A stretch of 64,000 nucleotides of DNA from the NCBI GenBank assembly GCA_963745025.1, contig CAVUWD010000019.1, forward strand, positions 1 to 64,000. Reading direction: 5' to 3'. This document shows positions 1 through 11,200 of the stretch, in pieces. This DNA comes from an uncultured delta proteobacterium. Lineage in GTDB: Bacteria; Desulfobacterota; Binatia; JACPRU01. Both the position numbers and the translations under genes were made by a program. Below the pieces are notes generated by a model, which was given only the letters and a program-made list of their open reading frames with translations, did not search any database and had not been told where the DNA came from. The stretch's first letter is position 1. Every line of letters begins with the position of its first letter.

Positions 1-262
1 TCCCGGCCACACTTTGAGCAACGCATTGGCAGCCCCCGCCGTGGTCGGGCGGGCAAGCCTCTGAAGACCTAGTTGGCGATAGTCTCTTCGGGCCCCTTCC
101 CGCAAGGGAAACCCGGGGAGACCAGCAGACGAAGGCCTCCGCGACGATCGAGCTCGGACGCTGGCGCGTTTCTCTCTCCGGCCGTCGCGTCATGGCCGCG
201 GCCCTCAAGCTACGCGAAGTCGCCTACCGGAGCCTCTTTGCAGCCGCCGCTTGACCTCGAGA
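1..262 (+). mobile_element. Possible non-coding right end of an IS110/IS1111-family element (transposase would lie upstream of the window)
   Basis: No credible ORF; hairpins (e.g. ttccc-gcaa-gggaa); ends in gccgccgcttgac. Resemblance to IS110 right ends is from pattern memory only. Confidence 0.3.
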
Positions 263-322
263 CAGGATCTTCGCAAAACGCAAAGAAGCTACGAGAAAGA
301 ATCCCCACCGCGGGAGATCGCC

Positions 323-970
323 ATGAAGCTGTATTCGTTCGAAGAATCAGGCAACAGTTACAAGGTACGCCTGCTGCTCGCCTTCCTCGGCCTCGACTAC
401 GAGCGGGTCGACGTCGATCTGATGCAGGACGAACAGCATCAGGCGCCATTCCTCGCCGTCAATCCGCGCGGCGAAGTACCGGCGCTGGTCGACGGCCCGG
501 TCACGCTGTGCGACTCGGCCGCCATCATGCTCTATCTGGCAGCGCGCTACGGCCCGCGCCCGTGGTGGTCGGACGATGTGGTCGAACAGGCGCACATCAT
601 GGAATGGCTGGCCTTCGCCGCGAGCTGGGTGCAGTTTGGTGTGTTCACCGCGCGCGCGTTGGTCGCCTTCGGTATCTCGGCCAACGGCCTGCCGCACGAC
701 TACAAGGGCGAATCACTCGAAGCGGCGACCCGTCGCGGCCATCGTTCACTGGCGATCCTCGATCAGCATCTCGACACGCGCAATTGGTTGGCCTGCGCGC
801 GGCCGACCATCGCCGATATCGCGGTCTTTCCCTATATCGCGCTGGCACCGATGGGCAAGATCGCGCTCGACGGCTACCCCGCGGTGCTGGCGTGGATCGC
901 GCGCTTCAAGCGCCTGCCGCGCTTCGCTCCGATCGCCGGGCTCGACCAGCCCGGTTATCGCCAGGCTTAA
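323..970 (+). CDS. Glutathione S-transferase family protein
   Basis: SGNSYKVRLLL, NPRGEVPAL, DSAAIMLYLA and PTIADIA motifs; GGAG RBS before ATG 323. Confidence 0.92.
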   Translation: MKLYSFEESGNSYKVRLLLAFLGLDYERVDVDLMQDEQHQAPFLAVNPRGEVPALVDGPVTLCDSAAIMLYLAARYGPRPWWSDDVVEQAHIMEWLAFAASWVQFGVFTARALVAFGISANGLPHDYKGESLEAATRRGHRSLAILDQHLDTRNWLACARPTIADIAVFPYIALAPMGKIALDGYPAVLAWIARFKRLPRFAPIAGLDQPGYRQA

Positions 971-982
971 GCCGACCGGACC

Positions 983-1280
983 TCAGGCGTGTTCGGCCAC
1001 CTTGATCGGCACGCCGCGTCCGATGCCGAGGCATTCGGTTTCGTTGTGTTCAGCACGCGCGATCTCGAGCACGCCGAACGAATTGACCAGCGCCAACAGC
1101 GCGCGGGGCTCGACATCGCCATAGGTACGATTGAAGATGATTCCGTGGCCACCGGCGTGGACCACCGGATGCCGAAAGGGTCGAGTTCCTCGCGCGCGAT
1201 ATTGGTAATGAGATTGCCGAAATGATCGGTGGTGATGACCACGCCGACCCAATCACCCACCACCGCGGCTATCCTCCCGC
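983..1280 (-). pseudogene. C-terminal fragment of SAM hydroxide adenosyltransferase/chlorinase-fluorinase (DUF62) family, frameshifted and 5'-truncated
   Basis: DHFGNLITNI in one frame, RTYGDV...LALVNSFGVLEIA...LGIGRG in another; abuts the IS1380 remnant. Confidence 0.8.
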
Positions 1281-1995
1281 TTGAACGCGGACCTGGTTCA
1301 ACACGCGGCTGCGCGATCGCCCAGCCGACGCGTGATGCTCGACATCGACAGCTCCGAGAGCCCGGTCCATCGGAACGCAGGAGCAGTCCGCGTACAACGG
1401 TCACTTCGAGTCGGTGTGCTACCACCCACTCTTCGTCTTCAATCCCCAGCAATCCCCAGGGCGACTGTCTCGCAGCGAAGCTTCGCCCAGGAAACGTCCA
1501 TAGCGCCGGGGGAGGACGACGTTCTGCTGCCCATCATTGATCGGTACCGCAGGCGCGGGAAGCCGGTCGTGGTTCGGGCGGACGCCGCCTTCGCTATGCC
1601 GGCGCTCTACGAGACGTTAGAACGCCGAGGTGTGCGCTACGCGATCCGCCTGCCGGCCAATGACGTGTTGGAGCGGCTGATCGAGGATCTACTGACTCGG
1701 TCTCGGGGCCGATCGAGCCACACGCCCCTGGTCCGCTACCGCAACCTCCAGTACCAGGCGGCCTCCTGGGACCGCCCGCGCCGCGTGATTGCCAAGGTCG
1801 AGCATCATTTCGGGGAGCTGTTCCCTCGGGTCGGCTTCATCGTCACCACGTTGACCGGAACGAACCGGGCGGTCGTCCGTTTCTACAACCAGGGCGGGAC
1901 GGCAGAGCAGTGGATCAAGGAGGGGAAGACCACGACCCACTGGACCCGGCTCTCCTGCCATCGGTTCCGGGCCAACGAGGTGCGGTTGCTCCGGA
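1281..1995 (+). mobile_element. IS1380-family DDE transposase remnant (frameshifted, truncated at both ends)
   Basis: LDIDSSESPVH, CYHPLFVF, KLRPGNVHSA, RADAAFA, YQAASWDRPRRV, FYNQGGTAEQWIKEGK, FRANEVRL spread over several frames. Confidence 0.9.
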
Positions 1996-2064
1996 TAAGA
2001 CGTCATGCATATAGGTCGTGCGACACCGAGCGGTCGCTCGTGAAGCGACCGACATTTTGGGGAG

Positions 2065-3018
2065 ATGCAAATGCGGCCCAAGAGCCTTCTAAACGTAACG
2101 CTAGCTTTCTGGATGATGGTATCGGCGGAATGTCTCGACGCTCAAGAGCGAGGTTCCGCTGTTAACACGGTGCCCGCGGCAGCCTCCGGACCTCCAAATG
2201 CCTATGTGCAACCTTTTGGAGTGGGCTTGGCGCCTCCCGTCTACTTCGTAAATTTCCTGCTCCTCTACTGGTCGAATCCCGAAATTGCTGCCTACATGCC
2301 CGCCTACCGGGCAGCGCTTCCTCAAGAGGTCTACGAGTGCCTTCTCGAGCATCCCCTTGGCTGTCCTTACCCCGATATGGCGCGATATTTTGCGGAGCAG
2401 GCCCTCGGCCGTGGAGGAGGCAGCCGAAACAAGAACACTGTCTGGCCAGCGTCTTGCCAGACGGACCCCAGATGGCAAGCTCTCGCGCCACGTGAATACC
2501 GACGGACTGATCAGATCAACGAGCCATTAGGGACGAGAAACGCCGAGCAGCTCGCGCGGGTATTAGGCATCGATCAAGAGATGATCTTGACCGATGAAGA
2601 ATATGAATGTCTGATCGGAAGGCCGGGGCCTCTACATCCTTTCCGAGAACAAATTTTCCTTTGCTCAATCGAACTCACCAACTCGAAAGGCAATGCGGTC
2701 ATTCCCCTTTCGAGTTACGGACTGGCCCTCGATGCGCAAGGAGGCGTCCGCAGCCTCTGCGCGTCTCAGGGCGCGTCTGAGGCGGTGTGCCTCAAGGCCA
2801 ATGACATTTTCGCCGGGCCGTTGCAGGCGATTGCCGCAGAGTGCGGTTTCGAGGATAAGTTGAGGCGCCTGACAACCGAAACGCCGATGCTCGAGTTCAT
2901 TCGGCAAGGCGGCCAGTGTCAGCATGCGTGGGCTGGCGCTTGCGTCGCCGAAGCCGCTTGTCCAGGCAATGGCGCTCAATCCAACAATAGCTGTGCGCCC
3001 CCTCTCGCAACTCAATAG
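2065..3018 (+). CDS. Hypothetical, probably secreted, cysteine-rich protein
   Basis: 317-aa ORF, GGAG RBS, hydrophobic N-terminus, 13 Cys; family not recognised. Confidence 0.7.
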   Translation: MQMRPKSLLNVTLAFWMMVSAECLDAQERGSAVNTVPAAASGPPNAYVQPFGVGLAPPVYFVNFLLLYWSNPEIAAYMPAYRAALPQEVYECLLEHPLGCPYPDMARYFAEQALGRGGGSRNKNTVWPASCQTDPRWQALAPREYRRTDQINEPLGTRNAEQLARVLGIDQEMILTDEEYECLIGRPGPLHPFREQIFLCSIELTNSKGNAVIPLSSYGLALDAQGGVRSLCASQGASEAVCLKANDIFAGPLQAIAAECGFEDKLRRLTTETPMLEFIRQGGQCQHAWAGACVAEAACPGNGAQSNNSCAPPLATQ

Positions 3019-3459
3019 GCAAGTTGCCGGTTCAATGGCTCTCGACAGATGTTCCTTGTCGTCTGACGTAAAGGTCTTGTCATTCGGCAGCAGAGACATT
3101 CTCAGCGACCGCAATCCCCGGCTCTTCGGCATGGCTAGCCCGAGCGAGGCGCGCTCAACTGCCCGAAGTTAACGGGAAGAGCCGGCATACGCCGGGTATC
3201 GTGGCCGCAGGAGAAGCCGTTCACGGCCCGAGATCCCGTCGAATCGGGCGATAGAGCGAGAAGTGCCGATGGGTCCGCCAGATGACCTCCAGGTCACCCC
3301 ATACCGAATGGAAGCCGGGCAGGTCCTCCGCATGAAGCGCACGAATGAGCAGAGATCGAAGGTTATGTACATTTCGCCCCGGATATTGCGGCGATCCTCA
3401 ACCAGGGACGGCAAACGTGCTGCTCAAGAGTCTCGAGACGGATGGGGCGCGGACGCCGA

Positions 3460-3856
3460 TCGGGCCGCGACGAAAGCTCGGCTGAGGCGATTGATCGTGC
3501 TCGGCGAGGCCCTGCCGGTTCCGCAGGGGTGGGAGGCGGTGATCGAGAAGGCCAGCGGCGCGATGGTGGGGGACGTGGTGCTCCAGCCGGCGCCGTTTTG
3601 TCCCGGTGAGGTGGAGCTCGGCTACCACTTCGCCCGTCACGGACAGCATCGCGGCTTTGCCACCGAGGCGGCGCGCGCGCTGGAGGAGCATCCCTTTGCG
3701 GTGTCCTCGCTCCGGCGACTAGTCGCGGCCATCGCCCTCGGCAATGCCTCCTCGCTCAAGCTGGCGGCGCGGCTCGGCATGCGGAAGGTCGACGAGGTGA
3801 TGCACGCCGGCCTCCGGCACGACCTGTTCGAGGTCGATAGGCAGAGCCGGTTCTGA
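3460..3856 (+). pseudogene. GNAT (RimJ/RimL-like) acetyltransferase, N-terminally truncated
   Basis: VELGYHFARHGQHRGFATEAARAL and NASSLKLAARLGM motifs; upstream part of the ORF is non-homologous; start approximate. Confidence 0.7.
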
Positions 3857-3908
3857 CTAACCCACCCCCGCTTCTCCCTGAGGGGCCTTCGAGGGAACCG
3901 CCTCCCGC

Positions 3909-4222
3909 TGTCCGTAACACTTGAAAAGGTCCGCCTCATAAACAGTTAAAGATGTCCGTTTTGTTCGGATCCTGATCATCTGGGTTTATGCGGCTTTGCT
4001 CTTTGGTTGGGTGGGGAGGGGTCCCCCGTTGGAGTCGTACCGGCCGAGGAGTTGCCCCTGGTAGCTGACAGCGAGGGTTCGGTCGGAGAATTCATGGACG
4101 GTGACGGGGCAACGAACGAAGTGCAGGCGGCTGCGCGTCGAAGAGAGCTGAAGGATCCGGTTTTGAAAGATCACGGTGTTGTCGTTGCGGACAACGCGGT
4201 CGTGCTTGATCGAGAGCAACAG
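3909..4222 (-). mobile_element. IS1202/ISNCY-type element remnant: transposase C-terminus plus one terminal repeat
   Basis: RVVRNDNTVIFQNRILQL...VTVHEFSDRTLAVSYQGQLLGRY tail; terminus TGT at 3909 followed by two imperfect 19-bp repeats (taacacttgaaaaggtccg 3915-3933, aaacagttaaagatgtccg 3940-3958). Confidence 0.75.
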
Positions 4223-4737
4223 GGCTCTGTGAAGCAGCGCATCACGCGAGTCGACCCGACCATCCGCTCAACCCCTACTTCGTACGACTGTGCGCCAGGC
4301 GAGGCTACAAGCTGGTGTCGAACGTGGACCACCCTTCGAGCACAAGATCGTTCGCGCCTACCGACTCAAGGCGAGCAGCCAGTAAGCAACTGAGTGGTGC
4401 ACCGCTCAAACCAAGGTGAACCGTGCTCAAGATCGAGCAGGAGACCCCGGTTACGTCAGTGGGCTCGAGCCCATGAAGTTGTATGGGGCTCTGCTCGCAG
4501 TACTGAAACATGGGGCGTATCGACCCCGAATGGGTGAATGGTGAGCGACGGCTTCGCTGCGGGCGCAGGCGAGGCCAAACCTAGAGAGGAGGGCCACAAC
4601 GCGGTCAGGACACTGAGGAACGCGGGACCCTGCCCAGCGCGGCGCCTGGCTCGATGCCAGGGCTCGCGCCGCTCGAAGAAGAAGTGTGTCTCGCTTCGCG
4701 CCGGAGCCCCGGTAACCGCGAACCTTGACGCTGGCGA

Positions 4738-5007
4738 TCAGGCTTCGCGAGGCTTCGCCGTCCCACCTCCGACCACGCCGGCGAGCGTCTCGCCCGTCGA
4801 GCGGAGGTGATCGCGCAGATCCTCGCGGAGCTCGGCTCCTGGTTTCGGTGCCAGAAACAGCGCCACGGTTGCCCCGATCAAAGCGCCAGCGCCGAGCAGG
4901 GCCAAGGAGCCGAGTAGCGATTCCGATGGCGAACGCTCGGGTTCAGCTCGAAAGAGCCCGGCGAGATCCTGCGCGGATAAACGATCGGTCAAGTCGCGAA
5001 GATTCAT
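4738..5007 (-). CDS. YtxH-like small protein
   Basis: GAGALIGATVALFLAPKPGAELREDL motif; GGAGG RBS. Confidence 0.8.
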   Translation of the reverse strand: MNLRDLTDRLSAQDLAGLFRAEPERSPSESLLGSLALLGAGALIGATVALFLAPKPGAELREDLRDHLRSTGETLAGVVGGGTAKPREA

Positions 5008-5330
5008 CGTAAGTCCTCCGTGCCTCGCTTCAAGGCTTCTCGAGCTTTTTCTCGCCGACGACCCATCGTTAGCCAATCGACGAGAACCTGTTCCGCGTGG
5101 TTGGCAAGAGCGACACCAAGCCCGAGCTGCAGCGTGCGGGTCAGCACGCCGACGGTCAGGCCCCCGCCGAGCACGTAGCCAACCCCGCCCGCGACCGCCA
5201 AGGTCAGCGCGGGGCGCTCTTTCAGGCGCAATTGTAGCCCGGCCTCGAGCTCGCCGACGAGGTCAGCGAAGCTCGGCTTGGAGGCCGACTCGCGTGACGG
5301 GACGACTCGAGTCGAAGCGCTCACGTCCAC
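5004..5330 (-). CDS. Small membrane-anchored hypothetical protein (ElaB/DUF883-like P-x-x-L-A-V-A-G-G-V-G-Y motif)
   Basis: ERPALTLAVAGGVGYVLGGG; overlaps neighbours in operon fashion; start uncertain. Confidence 0.6.
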   Translation of the reverse strand: MDVSASTRVVPSRESASKPSFADLVGELEAGLQLRLKERPALTLAVAGGVGYVLGGGLTVGVLTRTLQLGLGVALANHAEQVLVDWLTMGRRREKAREALKRGTEDLR

Positions 5331-5497
5331 GTTCCTAAAGACTTGGAGATGATGCGGCCGGCCGCGTAGCCTGCGGCGACCATGAAGGCGAGAGAAAGCA
5401 ACGGATGATCGTCGACGAAGGCCTGAATCTGCTTCGCCGGATCGAGCTCTCCCATGGAAGTTGTGAATTTGCGACGATCGCTCGTTTCTTCGGTCAT
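5321..5497 (-). CDS. Small ElaB/YqjD (DUF883 C-terminal)-like protein
   Basis: FVDDHPLLSLAFMVAAGYAAGRII; GAGGAG RBS. Confidence 0.65.
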   Translation of the reverse strand: MTEETSDRRKFTTSMGELDPAKQIQAFVDDHPLLSLAFMVAAGYAAGRIISKSLGTWT

Positions 5498-5528
5498 CGT
5501 AGTGCTCCTCTGCGAGACGTTCGCCCGC

Positions 5529-5729
5529 TCAGCGCCGGAGGCCGAGGAAGAGACCGACCGTGAACCCGGCATAGAGCCACACCCAGCGTCCGGTCTCGAC
5601 GACTCCGTTCGCCTGGCTCTGTGCGGCGGCCGCGAGCTCGCCGACCGCTTCTTTGAGCTCTTCTGCACTGTTCGCGGCGGCCTCGCGAAGCCGTTCCTTT
5701 TCTTCCTCGATCGGATCGTCCACGCTCAT
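5529..5729 (-). CDS. Small coiled-coil protein with C-terminal membrane anchor (DUF3618/YqjK-like)
   Basis: Acidic helix, then WVWLYAGFTVGLFLGLRR; translationally coupled to the upstream gene. Confidence 0.6.
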   Translation of the reverse strand: MSVDDPIEEEKERLREAAANSAEELKEAVGELAAAAQSQANGVVETGRWVWLYAGFTVGLFLGLRR

Positions 5730-6103
5730 GCTCCGCTCTTTTGCAATGGGGATGGGCCTCCCTTGCCATTGGGTTTGGGCGCCGCGAGCTGGCGAGCTGC
5801 CGTGATCGCGAAGACGCCGACACCCAAATTGACTGCCGCAAGCACTGCGAGGATTCCCGACAGAGACGTGGTCGCCTGAAGGAACACGGCCAGCGAAGCG
5901 TTGATGCAAAGCCAGCCGCAGAAAAAAACTCCCGCCGCGATAACCGCGACGACCGCCGCCTCGATTCCCCGGCTCACCCCTTCTTTGGCCTCGAGGAGCA
6001 GGAGATCGAGCCGGTCGACGACGAGCTGCTGACTAGCCGAAAGTACGCGCTCGACTGCAGTCGTCATCGACGGCTGCTCGGGGATGGCAGGATCCGGGAC
6101 CAT
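5726..6103 (-). CDS. YqjE/phage-holin-family-like two-TM membrane protein
   Basis: LVVDRLDLLLLEAKE followed by two TM helices, the typical YqjE/holin_3_6 layout. Confidence 0.7.
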   Translation of the reverse strand: MVPDPAIPEQPSMTTAVERVLSASQQLVVDRLDLLLLEAKEGVSRGIEAAVVAVIAAGVFFCGWLCINASLAVFLQATTSLSGILAVLAAVNLGVGVFAITAARQLAAPKPNGKGGPSPLQKSGA

Positions 6104-6465
6104 GGTTGAACGCGGCAGAATGGCCGCTGCCGCACTGAACACTCGGCGACGACGACGGTCGCGACGCCGTCTGCGACGGGCTGTTGAAAGCATTGAACCC
6201 GCAAGATGCCTTCCAGGATCAAAGATTGTGCCCTGCTCGAAGACTGCCACTCGGCCGGAGGATAGCCGCTTATTAGCGCCCGAAGTGACGTAAGGCCTCA
6301 ATCTCCGACGCTGCCCAAACACGAGGCGCCCCGTTTCTACGGCTCCGGATTGGTGGACGTGTCGAAAGGTCGCGAGAATTTTTTGCTACGCCACGAAATC
6401 TTTTTTGACGTTGCGTGTTTGAACCCAGCAGAGGCAGACCAGGCGGAAGCGCCCTTGGGCGTCCT

Positions 6466-8289
6466 ATGAAAGTTCGGGAGGGGGCGGGATGGGTGCTGCT
6501 CTTCGGCACGGTCGCTCTGCGCGTGCCGGAGGCGACGGCACTTCAACTCGACGAGCTCGATGCTCGCGAATGGCACGTGAAGCGAGTCGAGATCCATGGC
6601 AACGAGCAGTTCTCGACGGGAATGCTCCAAGCCGAAGTCGTCACCCAGCCGAGGCCCTGGTATACGCCGTGGAGGGCGCCCGCGGTCTTCGATCCCAGCA
6701 CATTCCAGAAGGACCTCGAGCGGCTTCGGCGCTTCTACGAGTCTCACGGCTACTTCGAGGCCCGTATCGTCTATGACCTCGAGGTGAAGGCACTCGGCGC
6801 CGGCGACTTCGTGACGGCCGCAATCTGGATCGAGGAGAACGATCTCGTGCGGGTCGGCAACGTGGAAGCGGGCAGCAAAGGCGGCGCGGAACTGCCGCTG
6901 CCGGAAACGCTGCCGATTCGGCCTGGGCAGCCGTTCACCGAGGACGATTATCAGGCCGCAGATCGGGCGCTCAAAGAGTTCTTCCTGAAGCGCGGCTACG
7001 CCCACGTCGACGTGGCGCGGAGCGCGAAGGTCGACCTCGCGAGTCATCGAGCCGACGTCTCCTACGTCATCGATACCGGCCCCGAATGCACCTTCAACGG
7101 CTCGAGAGTCGAGGGCACGAAGAACGTCGATCCAGCGATCGTGCTCCGCGAGCGCGAGTGGCACGAAGGCGACCGCTTCTCGATCGACCGCGTGCGCGAG
7201 ACCCGCGAGAACCTTTTGAAGCGCGATTTGTTCAACGCTGTCGAGATCGGCTGGAAAGCCGAAGACAAGCCTTCGCAGGTGCCGATGATTCTCAAGGTCG
7301 AGGAAAAGCCGCCGCGCGAGATCAGGTTCTCGGTCGGCTTCGGAACCGACGACCACTACCGGGTTCAGATCCGCTGGCAGCACAACAACTGGCTCGGTGA
7401 CGGGCGGCAGCTCGGCATCATGCTCAAATATTCCTCGATCACCAGCACCGCGGGCGTGCTGTTCGTGCAGCCACACTTCTTGGTGCCGCACATGAGGGGT
7501 ATCATCGAGCTTCTTCAGGATCGGGAGGACGAAGACAACTACACGCTCGACGCCTCGCAACTGCATCCGCGCCTCGAGCCGCGCATCACTCGCGACCTCT
7601 CGGCCTACTTTGGTCTACGCGTGGAGCGCGACAAGCTGACGAGCATCGACCAGGCGACGGTCAACGCCCTCGGCGGCGAGGTGAAGAGCGGCCTGCTGCT
7701 CGTCGGCCCGTCCCTCGGCCTGCGTTGGAATACCACGACCGACCCGTTGAATCCGCAAAGTGGCGAGGTCGTCTCGCTCGGGTTGGACGAGGCGGGGCCA
7801 AGCGGCGACTTCGACTTCTACACGATTGCAGGCGAGGCGAAGAAGTATCAGCCATTCGTCTGGAAGACGATTCTCGCCGGACGCGCCAAGCTCGGCTTCG
7901 CAACGCCGATCGGCGCCGAAGAGAATCTGCCGCTCTTCGAGCGGCTCTATGCCGGCGGCGAGCAGAGCGTTCGCGGTTACGGACGGAGGCGCCTCGGGCC
8001 GCGCGACAGCGACAACAATCCGATCGGCGGCCTCTCGTCCGCCGAGGCGTCCATCGAGCTACGCCACAAGATCTGGGGACCGCTCGGCGGCGCGATCTTC
8101 TTCGACGCCGGACAGGTCTCGCTCAACCGCTTCGACCCACCGGTGGACGATCTCAAGTTCGGCACGGGCATCGCCTTTACGTACGCGACGCCGGTCGGGC
8201 CAATGCGGTTCGATCTCGGCTTCCCTCTGGAACGGCCGCCGGGGGATTCGTCCTGGCAGCTCTACTTCTCGATCGGGCAGTTCTACTGA
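6466..8289 (+). CDS. TamA/BamA (Omp85) family outer-membrane protein
   Basis: Signal peptide, POTRA repeats (DLERLRRFYESHGYFEA), YAGGEQSVRGY, TPVGPMRFDLG, terminal FSIGQFY. Confidence 0.92.
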   Translation: MKVREGAGWVLLFGTVALRVPEATALQLDELDAREWHVKRVEIHGNEQFSTGMLQAEVVTQPRPWYTPWRAPAVFDPSTFQKDLERLRRFYESHGYFEARIVYDLEVKALGAGDFVTAAIWIEENDLVRVGNVEAGSKGGAELPLPETLPIRPGQPFTEDDYQAADRALKEFFLKRGYAHVDVARSAKVDLASHRADVSYVIDTGPECTFNGSRVEGTKNVDPAIVLREREWHEGDRFSIDRVRETRENLLKRDLFNAVEIGWKAEDKPSQVPMILKVEEKPPREIRFSVGFGTDDHYRVQIRWQHNNWLGDGRQLGIMLKYSSITSTAGVLFVQPHFLVPHMRGIIELLQDREDEDNYTLDASQLHPRLEPRITRDLSAYFGLRVERDKLTSIDQATVNALGGEVKSGLLLVGPSLGLRWNTTTDPLNPQSGEVVSLGLDEAGPSGDFDFYTIAGEAKKYQPFVWKTILAGRAKLGFATPIGAEENLPLFERLYAGGEQSVRGYGRRRLGPRDSDNNPIGGLSSAEASIELRHKIWGPLGGAIFFDAGQVSLNRFDPPVDDLKFGTGIAFTYATPVGPMRFDLGFPLERPPGDSSWQLYFSIGQFY

Positions 8290-11200
8290 TGAGCCGCACA
8301 AGGATTCCGAGACTTCTCCTTCGCGGCGTGCTGGCGCTCGGCCTTCTGCTCGTGACCCTGCTCGCCGGCCTCTACGCATTCACGTTCACCGACACCTTCC
8401 GCGAGCTCGCACGCGAGCAAGCGCTCGCGTTGCTGCACGGATCCTTCCGCGGCGAGGTGGGCGTAGAGCGCATCGAGGGATCGGTCTGGGGGGATCTCCG
8501 GCTCGAGACCGTGTCGCTTCGCTACGACGGCATCGAGGTCGTGCGCATTCCCGAGGTGACGCTTCGCTATGCGCTGCTGCCGCTTCTGCGCGGCCGACTC
8601 GAGATCGCCCGTATCGGGCTCCGCTCACCGGCGATCGATCTGCGTGGCGACGAGCGCGGACAGTGGAACCTCGCGGACGCGCTCCAGCCGCCGCCAGACG
8701 CGCCGCCGTCCTCGGGCGGCGGATTCCCGCTCTTGATCGCGTCGCTCGAGCTTGCAGAGGGGCGCATTTCGGTCACCCCGTGCCGCGGGTCGGGGACTTG
8801 CTTCCTCGACGGGGTCGCGCTCGACGCCGCAATCGGCGTCGAAGCCGCCGGCATCGACGCCGACGTGCGTCGGCTCTCACTCCGACTCGCTGCCGAGGGC
8901 CTGCCGCTCGCCTGGCTCGACGCGTCGGTTCGTTACCGCGGCTCGCAGAGCCCGGCGCGCGCCGAGGTCCGTCGGCTCACGCTCTCGACCGAGTCGTCGC
9001 GGATCGGCCTTCACGGCGCAGTCGCGAGCCCGGAGAACCCGCGCGAGCTGTCGACCGACGCCACGCTGACAATCGCCACGCTCGCTCGGAGCGACGTCGC
9101 CGTCTTCGCGCCGCAGTGGACGCTCGACCAAGCCATCACGGGCGCGCTTCGCCTGAGCGGCCGGGCCAACGACTTGCGTGCCCATCTCGAGCTCGCCGCG
9201 GGGCAGGCGCGAGTCCGAGGCGACGTCCACGCCGACGCAGTCTCGGCGACTCCGGCGGCCGACGGCGAGATCGAAATCCTTGATCTGGACCTCGGCCGGG
9301 CCGTGCAAGGTGCAGGAGCCGGGGGGATCGCTGAGCTGCGAGCGCACGGCTCAGTTCGCGGAACGGCGCTCGCGGGAGCTCGGGGCGATGCCCACCTCGA
9401 GATCCGCGGCACGTCCTACGGTGAGTGGCGGCTCGGCGACCTCGACACCACGGCGAGCCTCGCCGGTGAGCGCGCCTCGGTGGAAGGAGATCTCCGCGGC
9501 GAGTCCGGGAAGGCGAGCTGGAAGGCAGCCGCGAAGCTGTCGGGCGACGAACGTTTCGAGGCGACCGTCGCCGTCGATCATCTCGACCCCAAGCGCTTCG
9601 CGCGCGGCGTGGAAAGCGGCGATCTGACGCTACGCGCCTCGGCGGAAGGCAGCGGCTTCGCTCTCGACCGCCAGCGGAGCCACGTGCTCGTCCGCCTCGA
9701 ACGCTCGCGCCTCGGCAAGCTGATCGTCGAGGGAGGGCGCGCCGACTTGAGAATCGCCGACCGGCGCCTGCAGATAGCCGAGCTCGCGATCGACGCCCCG
9801 GACGCGTCCATCCGCGGGAACGGCGACGTCGCCTTGGACGCACGAGCGCAAGGAGAAGCTCACGTCCAGGCGAAGCTCGCCAACCTCGCTCCGTGGCTGG
9901 CGCTCGCCCGCCTGGACGGCCGCGGCGGGATCGACCTCGACGCAAGCGTCCGTGGCGCGCCGACCGATCTCACCGCCAAGGGCAAGCTCGTGGCGACAGC
10001 GGTCGGCGTTTCGCAATCGTCGATCGAGCGAGGCGTGCTTGATTTCGATTTCAGTGGTCTCGGCGGGACGTCACCGGCTGGAAGACTGGCAGCTTCGATC
10101 AGGGGCGTGCGCTCCGCCGTGAGCCTGCGTTCCGCCAACCTCGAAGCCGGCCTGTCCACGGCTCGCGGGGCCAACTCGCAACCGCGGCTCCAGGCCGACA
10201 CCGCGCTCGCGGTACAGGACCTGACCGGTCGGAACCACCGCATGGGGCTCCGCATCGGATATGAGGCAGCGGCCCTGAACGCCACGATCACCGAGCTTCA
10301 CCTCGAGCCGCCCGAGGGAAGCCTCGACCTCCGCCATCCGGCCGTCGTCGCGGTGCGCGGCGGCGCGATCACGCTCGACGGCCTCGACCTCGCCGGTAAA
10401 GGGCCGACCGTGGCCGCCTCGGCACGCCTGTCGCGCTCGGGCAACCAGCGACTACAGGTCGCCATCGACCGTCTGCCCCTCGAATGGTTGCGTGCGTTCT
10501 CGGCAAGCGCTCCGGAGATGAGTGGTGCAATCACCGCACACATCGGCCTGGATGGGACCGCCGCTGCACCACACATCGCGGTCACCATGCAGGCAAGGGA
10601 CCTGCGGATTGCCGGTCAACCCTATGCCGGTCTCCGCGCAGCGCTCGAATACCGCCAGCCGGCCGCAGCCATGGACCTTCGTTTCGATCAGGACGAGAAG
10701 CACGCCCTCACCGCAACCGCGCGGCTTCCGCTCGATCTCCGCTGGGATCCCGCAGCCCTCGTTCGGGTCAGCGGAGACCTCGACGTCGCCGCACGTTCCA
10801 ACGGCCTGAGCCTCGCCTTCTTGAATGCGGTTTCGCCGCGTACGCTCCAGCGGGTCTCCGGTGAGATCGTCCTCGACGTCGAGAGTCACGGCCCGATCGA
10901 GCGCCCGGCCCCGCACGGCACGGTCGCACTGCGTGGCGGCACGGTGGCGGTTCCACCGCTCGGCCTGGAGGTCGACGCCGCTACCGCAGAGCTGAGCGTC
11001 GCTCCCGATGCGATCCGCATCACCAAGTTATCGGCGGCCGCCGCCGACGGGCGGCTCGACGGCGGCGGAACGATCTCGCTTGCGGGCTATGCGCCCGATC
11101 GTCTCGATCTCCGCCTCGCGGTCGATCGCTGGCCGGCGATCGCCACGAGCCGCTATCGCTCCGACCTCTCGGGCGAAATCTTCTGCCGCGGGACGGCCGC

